A DNA stretch of 64,000 nt from Eledone cirrhosa. Its lineage: Eukaryota. A program made the position numbers and the translations under genes. The stretch lies in NCBI GenBank assembly GCA_964016885.1, contig OZ024765.1:13454001-13518000 (forward strand), written 5' to 3'. The notes beneath the pieces are model-generated. The model was not told the origin of the DNA. It saw only the letters and a list, made by a program, of their open reading frames with translations, and ran no database searches. Positions within the stretch are counted from its first letter, which is position 1; every line of letters starts with the position of its first letter. Of the stretch, positions 53,066 through 64,000 are shown in pieces.

Positions 53066-53092
53066 CGAGAGTAGTTGGTGTTTGATTTGTAG
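53066..53092 (-). CDS. 27-bp microexon, Thr-rich linker (STNQTPTTL)
   Basis: Long pyrimidine tract + ctcag acceptor, gtaag donor, phase 1-1. Confidence 0.7.
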
Positions 53093-54022
53093 CTGAGGAG
53101 AAGGAGGAGGAGATGAAAGAAAGAAAGAAAGAAAAAGAACAATTTTAATTATTGGTTTTTAATTTAGGCACAAGGCCAGTAATATCTCAATTTTTTTTTT
53201 TTAGGGGTCGCAGGATTTGAAATCAGGGTGCAGAGAACTGGAGCAAACACCACAAGATAATTTTTATCTGATGCTCTAAGAGATAGGCTAATTTCCTGCC
53301 TTGAATAGCTATTTTATTTTGTCTAAATTATTTTAATATTCTAGGCAGTTTTTTTCATTAGAAATATGGTAATGAAAGGGTTAAAGTGTTTATATTTATC
53401 TGAAAACTTGCCTTCATAATTTTATGTAAGAACCTTTGTTATGTTCCAAACACCAGGTTAATAAGACAGTGTCTTTCATTAGAAATATGGTAATGAAAGA
53501 GTTAAATTGTTTATATTTATCTAAAAACTTTCCTTCATAATTTTATGCAAGAACCTTTGTTAAGTTATGTTCTAAACACCAGATTAATAAGACAGTGTCT
53601 TTCATAAGAAATATGGTAACAAAAAGGTTAAAGTGTTTATATTTATCTAAAAACTTTAAACCATAATTTTATATAAGAACCTTTGTTAAGTTATGTTCCA
53701 AACACCAGGTTAATAAGACAGTGTCTTTCATTAGAAATATGGTAATGGAAGTGTTAAAGCGTTTATTTTTATCTAAAAGCCTTCCATCTTAATTTTAAGT
53801 TAGAACCTTTGTGAAGTTATGTTCCAAACACCAACTTATAGGAAAGTAAGTTATATAAACTAAATCTCTCTAATTTACTGATTATTTCAAAATGATTTGG
53901 GAACCTTAGACATAGTGTTTCATTAAAATTATGATAACAAAGTGTTTATCTTCATCAAAAAACCTTCCATTATAATTCTATGTAAGAACATTTGTTCCAA
54001 ACACCAGAAAGTTATTTATGTG

Positions 54023-54080
<58 letters not shown>

Positions 54081-54267
54081 AATGAAACTGCTCCAGTCAT
54101 GTAGAAGCCATTTCTATATTCAAAATATATTGATATATCTATGTATGTGTGTATATATATATATATATAAATCAATATATATATACATATATATATATAT
54201 ACACATATATATCCTTACATATGCTTACATATATATCCTTACATATGCATATCTATACATATACATC

Positions 54268-54300
<33 letters not shown>

Positions 54301-54664
54301 CTGCGAAACAAATATTTGAATGGTATAACATGTTGAGATGATTGCAATGAAACCTCATTATATAAGAAAAAGTTAACATCAAATTATTTTAAGATTTTGA
54401 ATTGATATATGAAGAACGGACAGAAATACTTAGATAGGTTAGCTTATTCTAAGAGAACATTCTCCCATATTTTTAAGTTATATATCACTGGCGTAGCAAT
54501 GATATAAGTTGCCGATATCTAGGTCTATACATATAACATCTCACAAGCAGGCTTATGCTTATGATAGATAATACATAGACAAGAATGGAATAAGTTATGG
54601 AAATAGGGAAATGGTATTTGTATAGAATGTAGTTTGGAATAGAAAGAAAAAGAGACATTTTTAA

Positions 54665-55499
54665 CCCTTTAGCATTTATATTATTCTATATTCACTATTG
54701 TATATTTGTGGTAAAGGCTTTATCTCACATAATATCTCATATAACATTTACATTACTCTATATATACTATTGTATTTTTGTGGTAAAAGGCTTTACCTCA
54801 CATAATATCTCACATAACATTTACATTACTCTATATTTACTATTATATTTTCAGTAAAGGCTTTACCTCACATAATATCTCACATAACATTTACATTACT
54901 CTATATATACTATTATATTTTCACAGTAAAGACTTTACCTCACATAATATCTCACATAACATTTACATTACTCTATATATATACTATTATATTATAGTGG
55001 TAAAGGCTTTACCTCACATAACGTTTACATTACTTTATATTTACTATTATATTTTAGTGGTAAAGGCTTTACCTCACATCATATCTCACCTAACATTTAC
55101 ATTACTCTATATATACTATTGTATTTTTGTGGTTAAGGCTTTACCTCACATAATATCTCACATAACATTTACATTACTCTATATATACTATTGTATTTTT
55201 GTGGTAAAAGCTTTACCTCACATAATATCTCACATAACATTTACATTACTCTATATATACTATTGTATTTTTGTGGTAAAAGCTTTACCTCACATAATAT
55301 CTCACATAACATTTACATTACTCTATATATACTATTGTATTTTTGTGGTTAAGGCTTTACCTCACATAATATTGAATCTATGAGATTTTTATATTATATA
55401 TTTTGCAAACAATATCTTAACATCAGTATGAGGAGCCGGTTAAGGCCAGTTTGAGTAGAAAGAGGTGAGAGAATTCTGGTCGGTTTAAATGCTAAAAGA
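54665..55499 (+). mobile_element. piggyBac-like MITE with internal ~69-bp tandem expansion (~10 copies)
   Basis: TTAA|CCCTTTAGCATTTA start, AAATGCTAAAAGA|TTAA end, internal repeats. Confidence 0.7.
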
Positions 55500-55504
55500 T
55501 TAAA

Positions 55505-56630
55505 AAATGTTGTTTGAAATAGATGGAAAAAAAAAAAACAATAACATTTTTCATACATGAAGAAAAGACATATTTAAAGAGAGTTGTTTGGTATAGTTGG
55601 AAAAAAAAAAGACATTTTCAAAGAATATAGTTTGAAACAAAAAATAAAAACTGACGTTTTTAAAGAATTTTGTTTGGTATAGATGAAAAATATGACACTT
55701 TTAAACAATGCACTTTGGAACAGATGGAAAAAACGAAATGCTGTTTTGTATAGGTGGAAAAATTAGAACATTTTAAAGAATGTTTTTTAAATAGATGAAA
55801 AAAAAAGGACATTTGTAAAGAATGGACTTTGAAATAGATGTAAAAAAGAAGACATTTTCAGAATGGACTTCAAAATAGATGAAAAAATAAGACATCTTTA
55901 AAGAATGTAGCTGGAACTAGATGAAAAAAACGACATCGTTAAAGAAATTTTGTTTGAAACAGATGGACGAAAAATGCATTTTAAAAGAACATAGTTTGAA
56001 ACAGATTTTAAAAAAAGCATTTTTAAAGAACATAGTCAGAAATATATGAAAAATTAAGACATTTTTAAAGATATAGTTGGAAATAGGTGGAAAAAAAAGA
56101 CATTTTTAAAGACAGTTTGAAATAGTTGGAAAAAAAAAAACATTTTTAAAGATATAGATAGAAATAGATGGGAAAAAAGACATTTTTAAAGATATAGTTA
56201 GAAATAGTTGGAAAAAAGACATTTTTAAAGACAGTTTGAAATAGTTGGAAAAAAAAAGACATTTTTAAAGATATAGATAGAAATAGATGGGAAAAAAGAC
56301 ATTTTTAAAGATATAGTTAGAAATAGTTGGAAAAAAGACATTTTTAAAGACAGTTTGAAATAGTTGGAAAAAAAAAGACATTTTTAAAGATATAGATAGA
56401 AATAGATGGGAAAAAAAGACATTTTTAAAGATATAGTTAGAAATAGGTGAAAAAAAAAAGACATTTTTAAAGACATAGGAAATAGAGGGAAAAAATGAGA
56501 CATTTTTTTACAGACATAGATAGAAATAGATGGAAAAAATTAAGACATTTTAAAAGGCATAGATAGAAATAGTTGGAAAAAAAGATATTTTTAAAGACAT
56601 AGTTTGAAATAGTTGGAAAAAACAAGACGA
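55505..56630. repeat. Degenerate ~40-bp A-rich minisatellite
   Basis: Recurrent GACATTTTTAAAGA...GAAATAG.TGGAAAAA. Confidence 0.8.
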
Positions 56631-56748
56631 AAAGACGAGAGGAGAGAGAAAAGGTGTTTTATTTTCAGAAAAATCAGACGAGAGTGTTCCGATGAAGAAG
56701 TTGGTAGAGAGCAGTCACGTTGAATTATCAAATAATTGATATACTTAC

Positions 56749-56884
56749 AGACATTATATAGACATGTAACTATAGAAATGGTTACAGAAAGAGGTAGGAA
56801 ATGTATATGTTTGGTGAATGTTATTAAAATTGTCTCATTAGGTAATCCAGCTGGAATATCTATTATGCTCTCTGCTGAAAAAGT
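56749..56884 (-). CDS. Exon: second part of the module (TFSAESIIDIPAGLPNETILITFTKHIHFLPLSVTISIVTCLYNV)
   Basis: cattttcag acceptor, gtaagt donor; 136 bp, phase 0-1, open and phase-matched to both neighbours. Confidence 0.8.
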
Positions 56885-57738
56885 CTGAAAATGAGAGGCA
56901 GAAAAATAAAAATTAGCTTTTTAAAACAAAACATTGTATGTACTTCATGTAAAAATTGAAATTTTTATATTATTTATTTGGAGTTAAATTCATGGGAGAA
57001 ACTACAACATGGTTACTATTTTTAAGGGGTTGAAATTCACACAACACTCCTTAATATTCTATAAATAAGCAATGGTTTAAATTTATGGGATCAACTACTA
57101 CATGGATTCTATTTTAAGGGGTTGGAATTCATGCAACATTCCCAAATATTCTATAAATAAGCAATGGTTTAAATTTATGGGGCTGGCTCTTACATGGGTA
57201 CTGCTTTTAAGGGTCTGAAATTTCCACAAAAATACCAAATACTGTATCAACAAGAAAAGGACTAAATTTATAGGGCCAACTATTCCTGCTTCAATGATAA
57301 TACTCCACCAACAAGTAAAGGACTAAATTTATAGGGCCAATTATACTATATGGATTCATTTTTAAGGGGCCAAAATTCCTGCTTCAATGATAATACTCCA
57401 TCAACAAGTAAAGGACTAAATTATAGGGCCAATTATACTATATGGATACATTTTTAAGGGGCCAAAGTTCCTGCTACAATCCCAAATACTCTATCAATAA
57501 GCAAAGGTCTAAATTTATAGGGTCAATTATTATACAAATACTATTTTTGAGGGGTTGAAATTCACACAACACTCCAAAATATTTTATAAATAAGCAATAG
57601 TTTAAATTTATGGGGCTGGCTCTTACATGGGTACTGCTTTTAAGGGTCTGAAATTTCCACAAAAATCCCAAATACTGTATCAATAAACAAAGGTCTAAAT
57701 TTGTAGGGCCAAGTATACTATATAGATACTATTTTTAA

Positions 57739-57959
57739 CCCTTTAGCATTTACATTACTCTATATATACTATTATATTTTAACAGTAAAGGCTTTATCTC
57801 ACATAATTATCTCATATAATATCAATTCTATGAGATTTTGATATTATTTATTTTGAGAACAATACCTTAACAGCAGTATCAGCGACTGGTTACAACTGGT
57901 TTGAACAGAAAGAAGGGAGAGAATTCTGGCTGGATATGGCCGGTTTAAATGCTAAAGGG
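57739..57959 (+). mobile_element. piggyBac-like MITE (unexpanded copy)
   Basis: TTAA|CCCTTTAGCATTTA...TAAATGCTAAAGGG|TTAA, 14-bp perfect TIR. Confidence 0.8.
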
Positions 57960-59105
57960 TTAAGAGGCTGAAATTCATGCTACAATAATAATACTTTATC
58001 AACAAGCAAAGGAATAAATTTATAGGGTAAACTATACTACATGGATTCAATTTTTAAGGGGCTAAAATTCCTGCTAAAATCCAAAATACTCTATCAATTC
58101 AGAGGGTTTTAAAAAATCCCCACTATTAGACTAACTTCATTAGTCAAAATATGGCGTAAGATTATATTTCTTCTTTATTAGAAATTTATAGATAGACGAG
58201 AATTCTTTTCCATACACTGACATGTATGTGTATATGTGTGTGCGTGTGTGTGTATATATGTGTGTATGTACAACCTGTCGCATGGTCGGGTCGTCGGTGA
58301 CTAAACCGGCAACCCCACCAAGTTTACTTGGTAAGGAGGGTGATTTTGGACACCCTGCAGGATAAAAAACAAAACCTGACAAAGGGCGGAAGAACTATAT
58401 GTACATATGTATGTATATGTATATGTGTATATGCATGTGTGCATGTGTATGTATATGCACGGGGACATAGAAATAGTCGGGCTGGACATCCGATCGCGTG
58501 GTTAAACCACTGGGAGGGAAGGACCGCTAGCCTTTGTCAGGGTATTCTTCTAGGAGAAGGCAACTCAGGAAACTGGAATGACTCCGATATAAAACCTGCG
58601 GCTCAGTAGTTACAGATGATGTTGATCTTTTCTTCTTTTTGAGTTATAGCTACTGTCTCTCAGAGAGTGGGATTGGCTCAGTGCACAGTCTTTCCTCACT
58701 TTAAAAAATATCTTCACGCACAGGCATTGCACGATAGAATTAATTAATAATTATTAATAATGGTATATCGTGCAATGGCCATACTCGATAACGAGGGGGC
58801 AGCTATCATGTGCATATCCATACATTTATATGTATGAGTGTATAAATATAAACACGCAAACACAGACACACTTACAAAAATACACACTCACAGACATACA
58901 TTCACACAAACACACACATACACATACACAGTGTAGTTTGTTTCACCACCCCGTTCCTTCCTTTCACACACACATACATTCACGCAGGCAGCAGATGTAA
59001 AGAGAGAGGAGTAGTATGAGGTAGTAAAACTACTCCTCTCTCTTTACATGTTGTAACAGAATGGCAGAAATTTATACATAAATATATATATATGTGGACA
59101 CTCAC

Positions 59106-59374
59106 CTGGGAAGGAACGTCTTTTAGACTTTTCCGAACTATATGAAATACCATAATATTTTCATTCACAGGTAGACTAAAATGTGCCCCAAATACTAGAA
59201 AATCACTTGGAATATGGATCTCGACAAAAGGACTGTAATCCTGTTCAGCAGAGGTCCAGCCTTGGCTAATGTTTCTTAGTCTAGACAACTGGTCCTTGTT
59301 GCTTGAAACCGTAATATAATTATCGGGAATGTAATCAGGTGAACTCATTAAATCTACCATCTGACAAGGATATT
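59106..59374 (-). CDS. Exon: degenerate discoidin/F5-8C-like module, first part (EYPCQMVDLMSSPDYIPDNYITVSS...WTSAEQDYSPFVEIHI)
   Basis: ttttcag acceptor, gtgag donor; 269 bp, phase 1-0; the I.D..IT.SS / W...D..P.VEI pattern resembles F5/8C starts (domain call is inference). Confidence 0.8.
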
Positions 59375-59565
59375 CTGAAAAAAGTATATACATATAGCGC
59401 ATACACATATATATATACATATATACATATATACATAATAATGTACCAAAGAGAATATATATATATGATACATACACACACACATATACAACAATATTCT
59501 CAAAAGAATATAAACATATAATGCCTATGTATATATCTATATATCTATATATATATATATATATA

Positions 59566-60456
59566 TAGGGGCAGACGATATGTGTTCGCAAAATTACTGT
59601 CTATGAAAAAATAACACAGTAGTTTTATTTTTTAAGATTTATTTGTCAAACTTGGGTCAGTTTGTCTTCATGTCTTATTCTTTCGATCTCACTCGATAAA
59701 CCCGCCATTGGCTTTGATGACGGCCTCAAGGCGGTCTCGGAATCGGCTACAGGCCTTTGTCACTGTCCCCCGACTTAGGCCCCTAAAGGCACTTGTGATC
59801 CTGGCCTTTAAATCATCTTTCGTATTGCAGCTAGATCTGTTGGTGTCTCGTTCCACTGCGCCCCACACAAAGAAGTTGAGGGGGTTGCAGTCAGGCGAGC
59901 TGGGAGGCCAGATGTGAGGTGAAGTGTGGTCGACGAAGTTCTTTGACAGCCAGGCTTGGGTCTTTCGGCTGGTATGGCAGGGTGCTGAGTCATGCTGCCA
60001 CACGTATGGCCTACCTGCAGCTACCTGGTCGATCCAGGGCTTTACTACCTCGCTCAGAACGCGGATGTAGCCATCGGTGTTCAGCTTCAGACACTCAGGG
60101 AAGAAGTGAGGTGGCATGATGTCACCTTGACTGCTGATGACACCTAAGACCAATGTTGTCGCTGGAAACTTTGTCTGCATGACTCTGGGCACGTCTTTGG
60201 ATGAGACAGCAAGCCACCTGTTGTTCTGAGAGTTGATCTTCTGGTTTTATTTGTCTTCCCAGCGCGGATTCCAAGAAGAACTCCATGTCTCTTCCACAAA
60301 TTTGGAGGTTCAAAATTATTCATAATCAATTATTCTGAAAATAAATAATGGAAATTTAGTCACTGTTTTAATGAAGACAAGAGTGACAATGGAAGTAAAA
60401 AAAATTTGCATAAAATTAGCAGTTGAAAATTATGAACAAATATCGTCTGCACCCTG
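59566..60456 (-). mobile_element. Internally deleted Tc1/mariner element, DD37D (maT) type
   Basis: TIRs (c)AGGG(T)GCAGACGATAT.TGTTC within TA; transposase C-half 59689-60192 WQHDSAPCH...WPPSSPDCNPLN, 37 residues between D and the last position (now N). Confidence 0.88.
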
Positions 60457-60482
60457 TATATATATATATATATGTATATATG

Positions 60483-60514
<32 letters not shown>

Positions 60515-60831
60515 AAAAAGGTGAAGTTGGAAATAGCACGGAAAATATATTTTCGGGTCTGTTTTTCTTTTTTTATCCTTTCTTCGATCCGTCAAAGTGA
60601 CATTATCGAAAAGAAAAAAGTTTTATAAAGTATATAAAGTATAACCAGTTTCGATGTATTATTAAAATTCATCTTATCAAATGTTGAGTATTGAAAAAAA
60701 AATTAAAAAGAATTAATAGGAGTTAAAAATTAAAGATTTAAAATTAAAATCAAATGTTTGAAGTAAGTTTTTTTCCCATCTATCTTGCTCAAAATTTGAC
60801 TGGAGAATGATTTTTTATATTAATACTCAAC

Positions 60832-60873
60832 ATTTGATAAGATGAATTTTAATAATACATCGAAACCAGTAAT
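60832..60873 (+). ncRNA. Degenerate hammerhead, U3:A8 core (mirror copy on - strand at ~60641-60682)
   Basis: TTGATAA-GATG/CATC-GAAA-CCAG-TA; mirror copy has CTGG, implying ancestral CCGG; stem I eroded. Confidence 0.5.
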
Positions 60874-61504
60874 ACTTTATATACATTATAAAACATTTTT
60901 TAAAAAGAACTGTCCCTCTCATTTTTTCAATAATGTCACTTTGACAAATCAAAGAAAGGATAAAAAAAGAAAAACAGACCCTTAAATATATTTTCCGTGC
61001 TATTTCCAACTTCACCTTTTCTCTATATCCACAGTTTTGTATAGAACCTTACTTCCCTTTTCTAATATATATATATATATATAGGAAAAGAGTCAGGACC
61101 CCGATAGCTGGAGCTCAGCCGTCGGGGATCCTGACTCTTTTCCTATTACCCACTCTACTACCCTAAGTATCGAGTACTCTGGTGCGTTATGGTCCACCTG
61201 GTATCTTACCACACCTTCTTTGTTATATATATAGTAATAATATATTTGCTTAAACTTTAATCTGTGCTAATAATAAATATATATATATATATCATCATCC
61301 TTTTACATCTGCTTTTCCCAGCTTGCAAGGGTGGGATGGGTCCTATTCAGCACAGCATCTCTCCATTCGTTACAGTCCTTCGTCATCTCCTCCGTGAGCT
61401 TCAATGATCTGAGGTCTGTTCTCACCACCTCCACCCATGATTTTCGTGGTCTTCCTCTACTGCGTCTTCCTTCCACTGTGATTTCTTGGCACTTTTTAGT
61501 ACCA

Positions 61505-61745
61505 TGTGAACTTAAAGTTCACATGGTATTAAGTCAGGGCTGCTTGCTGGCCAATCCTGTGGACTTCGTTGACCAAGCCAGCATCTTGGAAACGGGACAT
61601 CAAGTCACTCACAGAACGTGTGTGCAAAATGAGAAGGGGCCTCATCTTGCATGAATATAAGGTCATTGATGTTGTCCCAAGTGGTCACAGGCAACCAAAG
61701 GTTATAAGTAATTTTTAATAGGGAGTTTCTTTCAATCCACCCTGT
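61505..61745 (-). mobile_element. Deleted rosa-like (DD41D-type) mariner fragment
   Basis: TA-CAGGGTG end; FMQDEAPSHFA...FPRCWLGQRSPQDWPASSPDLIPC with an internal stop. Confidence 0.65.
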
Positions 61746-61845
61746 ATATGTAAGAAAAATCAACAAGAAAAAACAAAACACAGGAGTACAAAACAAAACA
61801 ATGAAGATATATATTAGTTTAACGCTTGATGTAGTAGAAAAAGTG

Positions 61846-61881
61846 TCTTGACGTTTCGGATGTAAGTCCTTCATCAGAAGA
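61846..61881 (-). ncRNA. Ultra-minimal Penelope-type hammerhead (degenerate copy at 63226-63261)
   Basis: TCTT-CTGATGA-A-GGA../..TCC-GAAA-CG-TC-AAGA. Confidence 0.7.
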
Positions 61882-61990
61882 TAGAAAAGAAAATAGAAAA
61901 ACAGACAAGTGTATGAAAAAAAATGGGTAAAAAAATGTAGACAAAAGGAAGATGTGTAGTTAGTAAGTTATTGTATGTATATATATATAT

Positions 61991-62779
61991 AGGGTAAGAA
62001 CGGGATGGAAGAAGTTCAGGGAACTACTGCCACTGCTAGCTGCAAAAGGCTTCTCCCTCAAAATGAAAGGCAGACTGTATGATGCGTGTATCCGAACAGC
62101 AATGTTACATGGTAGTGAGACCTGGGCGCTGAAGGTGGAAGACTTACTTAGATTAGAAAGAAACGAAGCCTGCATGCTCCAATGGATGTGTAACAGTAAT
62201 ATACGCAAACGGCAAAGCATAAATGAATTGAGAGAGAGACTGAGCATAAGAGGAATCAAATGCTGTGTGCAGGAGAGGCGGTTGCGTTGGTATGGACATG
62301 TGATGCATATGAAGGATGACAGCTGCGTAAAAAGGTGCAGAGCACTAGAAGTCAATGGAAACTGCGGAGTGGGGAGACCCAAGAAGACCTGGGATGAGGT
62401 GATAAAAGCCGACCTTACCCAATTACACCTCTCAAAGGCGATGACACATGACCGTGACCTCTGGCGTCACGCAGTAATACAGAGTGCCCGACCTCCCATG
62501 GGTACAAGCTGAAGCATATAGACAATATGCCCCCACACCCTCCCACTGCAAAGTGGTCGTGGAGGTGCCACGGCAAAAAAGCACCCAGCCCACACTGTAA
62601 AGTGGACGTGTAGGCACCACGGAAAAAGCATCCAGCACTCACTGTAAATGAGGTTGGTGTTAGGAAGGGCATCCAGCTGTAGAAATCAAGCCAAAATCAG
62701 TTCCTGCCCACAACAGGACAACCTGTCTAACCCATGCTAGCATGGAAGAACGGACACAAAACGGTGATGATGATGATGA
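61991..62779 (+). mobile_element. 5'-truncated RTE-clade LINE
   Basis: LYDACIRTAMLHGSETW...RRLRWYGHV...GRPKKTW followed by 3'UTR and (GAT)n tail; related minus-strand pieces at 61290-61497 and 63340-63605. Confidence 0.85.
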
Positions 62780-62819
62780 TATATACATTTATATATGTGC
62801 ATATATATATATTTATATA

Positions 62820-62922
<103 letters not shown>

Positions 62923-62961
62923 GTATATATACATACGTGTGTATATATATATATATGTATA

Positions 62962-63014
<53 letters not shown>

Positions 63015-63087
63015 ATTATTCAAGAATAAATGAGAGAAACGTAGAGATGCAAAAACACACATATATATACATATATATATATATATA

Positions 63088-63140
<53 letters not shown>

Positions 63141-63664
63141 AAATGGTAAACAGAAATAACAAAACAAACAGTACAGTATATGGAAGGAATATATTAGTTT
63201 AACACTTGAAATAGCAGGAAGAGGGTCTTAACATTTCAGACGCTAGTCCTTTATCAGAAGAAAGAATGAGAAATTAAAAAGATTGAAGGGACGAGCCGAG
63301 TGGAATAGGAAAACATTTTGGGAGGAAAATAACAGGTGTCATCATCATCATTTTACTTCCGCTTTTCCCAGCACATTATCTCTCCATTTGTCACGGTCCT
63401 TCGTCATCTCCACCGTGAGCATCAGCAATCTGTGGTCTGCTCTCACCACCTCCACCCATGTTTTTTGTGGTCTTCCTCTACTGCGTTTTCTTTCTATTGG
63501 GATTTCTTGGCACTTCTTTACCCAGCGGTCATCCTCCATGCACATCACATGTCCATACCACCGCAGTCACCTCTCTAGCACATCACAACTTATCTCTCTT
63601 ATACACAGAATATATATATATTTAATGAGGCATAGAGTCAGAGAAATGTATAAAGTATTTTTAC

Positions 63665-63715
63665 CTGTTGTAAGAGTTACACTTGGTTGTGTTGAGACAG
63701 AAGTTGATGTAGTCA
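63665..63715 (-). CDS. Exon of SCO-spondin/mucin-like secreted protein: Thr/Ser-rich linker (TTSTSVSTQPSVTLTT)
   Basis: Pyrimidine tract + cag acceptor, gtaa donor; 51 bp, phase 1-1, in frame with the next exon. Confidence 0.7.
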
Positions 63716-64000
63716 CTGCCGAGGAAGATAACAGTAAAAATATATTATATATTATTGTAAAAATAAACTATATAACTTTAAATATATATATATATATATA
63801 TAAAAAATATATATATATATATAATTTGAAACATCTGTTTTTTTTTCCCTTTATTCCTCTTTTTTTTCATCTTTCCTCTCACTCTCCAAACAGAACTTGA
63901 ACCATTAAGGCCTGATTCCTGGGTATGTCACTATTTATAAAACAAACTTTGTATTATATCTGATGAGAGCGTACCAAAGTTTTGGTACCCTTGTAATATA

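Overview
AT-rich, repeat-dense animal genomic DNA; the SINE and microsatellite content suggests an octopod cephalopod (inference). About 19 phase-compatible exons on the minus strand (63715 down to 519, ~1,205 codons, open at both window edges) encode an internal part of a large secreted SCO-spondin/mucin-like protein. It has Thr/Ser linkers, a degenerate discoidin-like module, a 417-codon Pro/Gln-repeat exon, six TSP1 repeats, two TIL domains and VWC-like modules. The introns hold a near full-length Tx1/L1-type LINE, DD37D and rosa-like mariner relics, a Helitron, piggyBac-like MITEs, RTE/CR1 fragments, two SINE families and many minisatellites. The most notable unannotated signal is roughly 20 minimal type I hammerhead ribozyme motifs from several unrelated repeat families. 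Most sit in (TA)n-embedded inverted or tandem duplications with Penelope-like pLTR geometry. They include a near-perfect 591-bp tandem array (2312-4554) whose four hammerheads carry the U3:A8 core variant, a candidate non-LTR retrozyme that could yield ~590-nt circular RNA. All calls were made by eye and no database searches were run.
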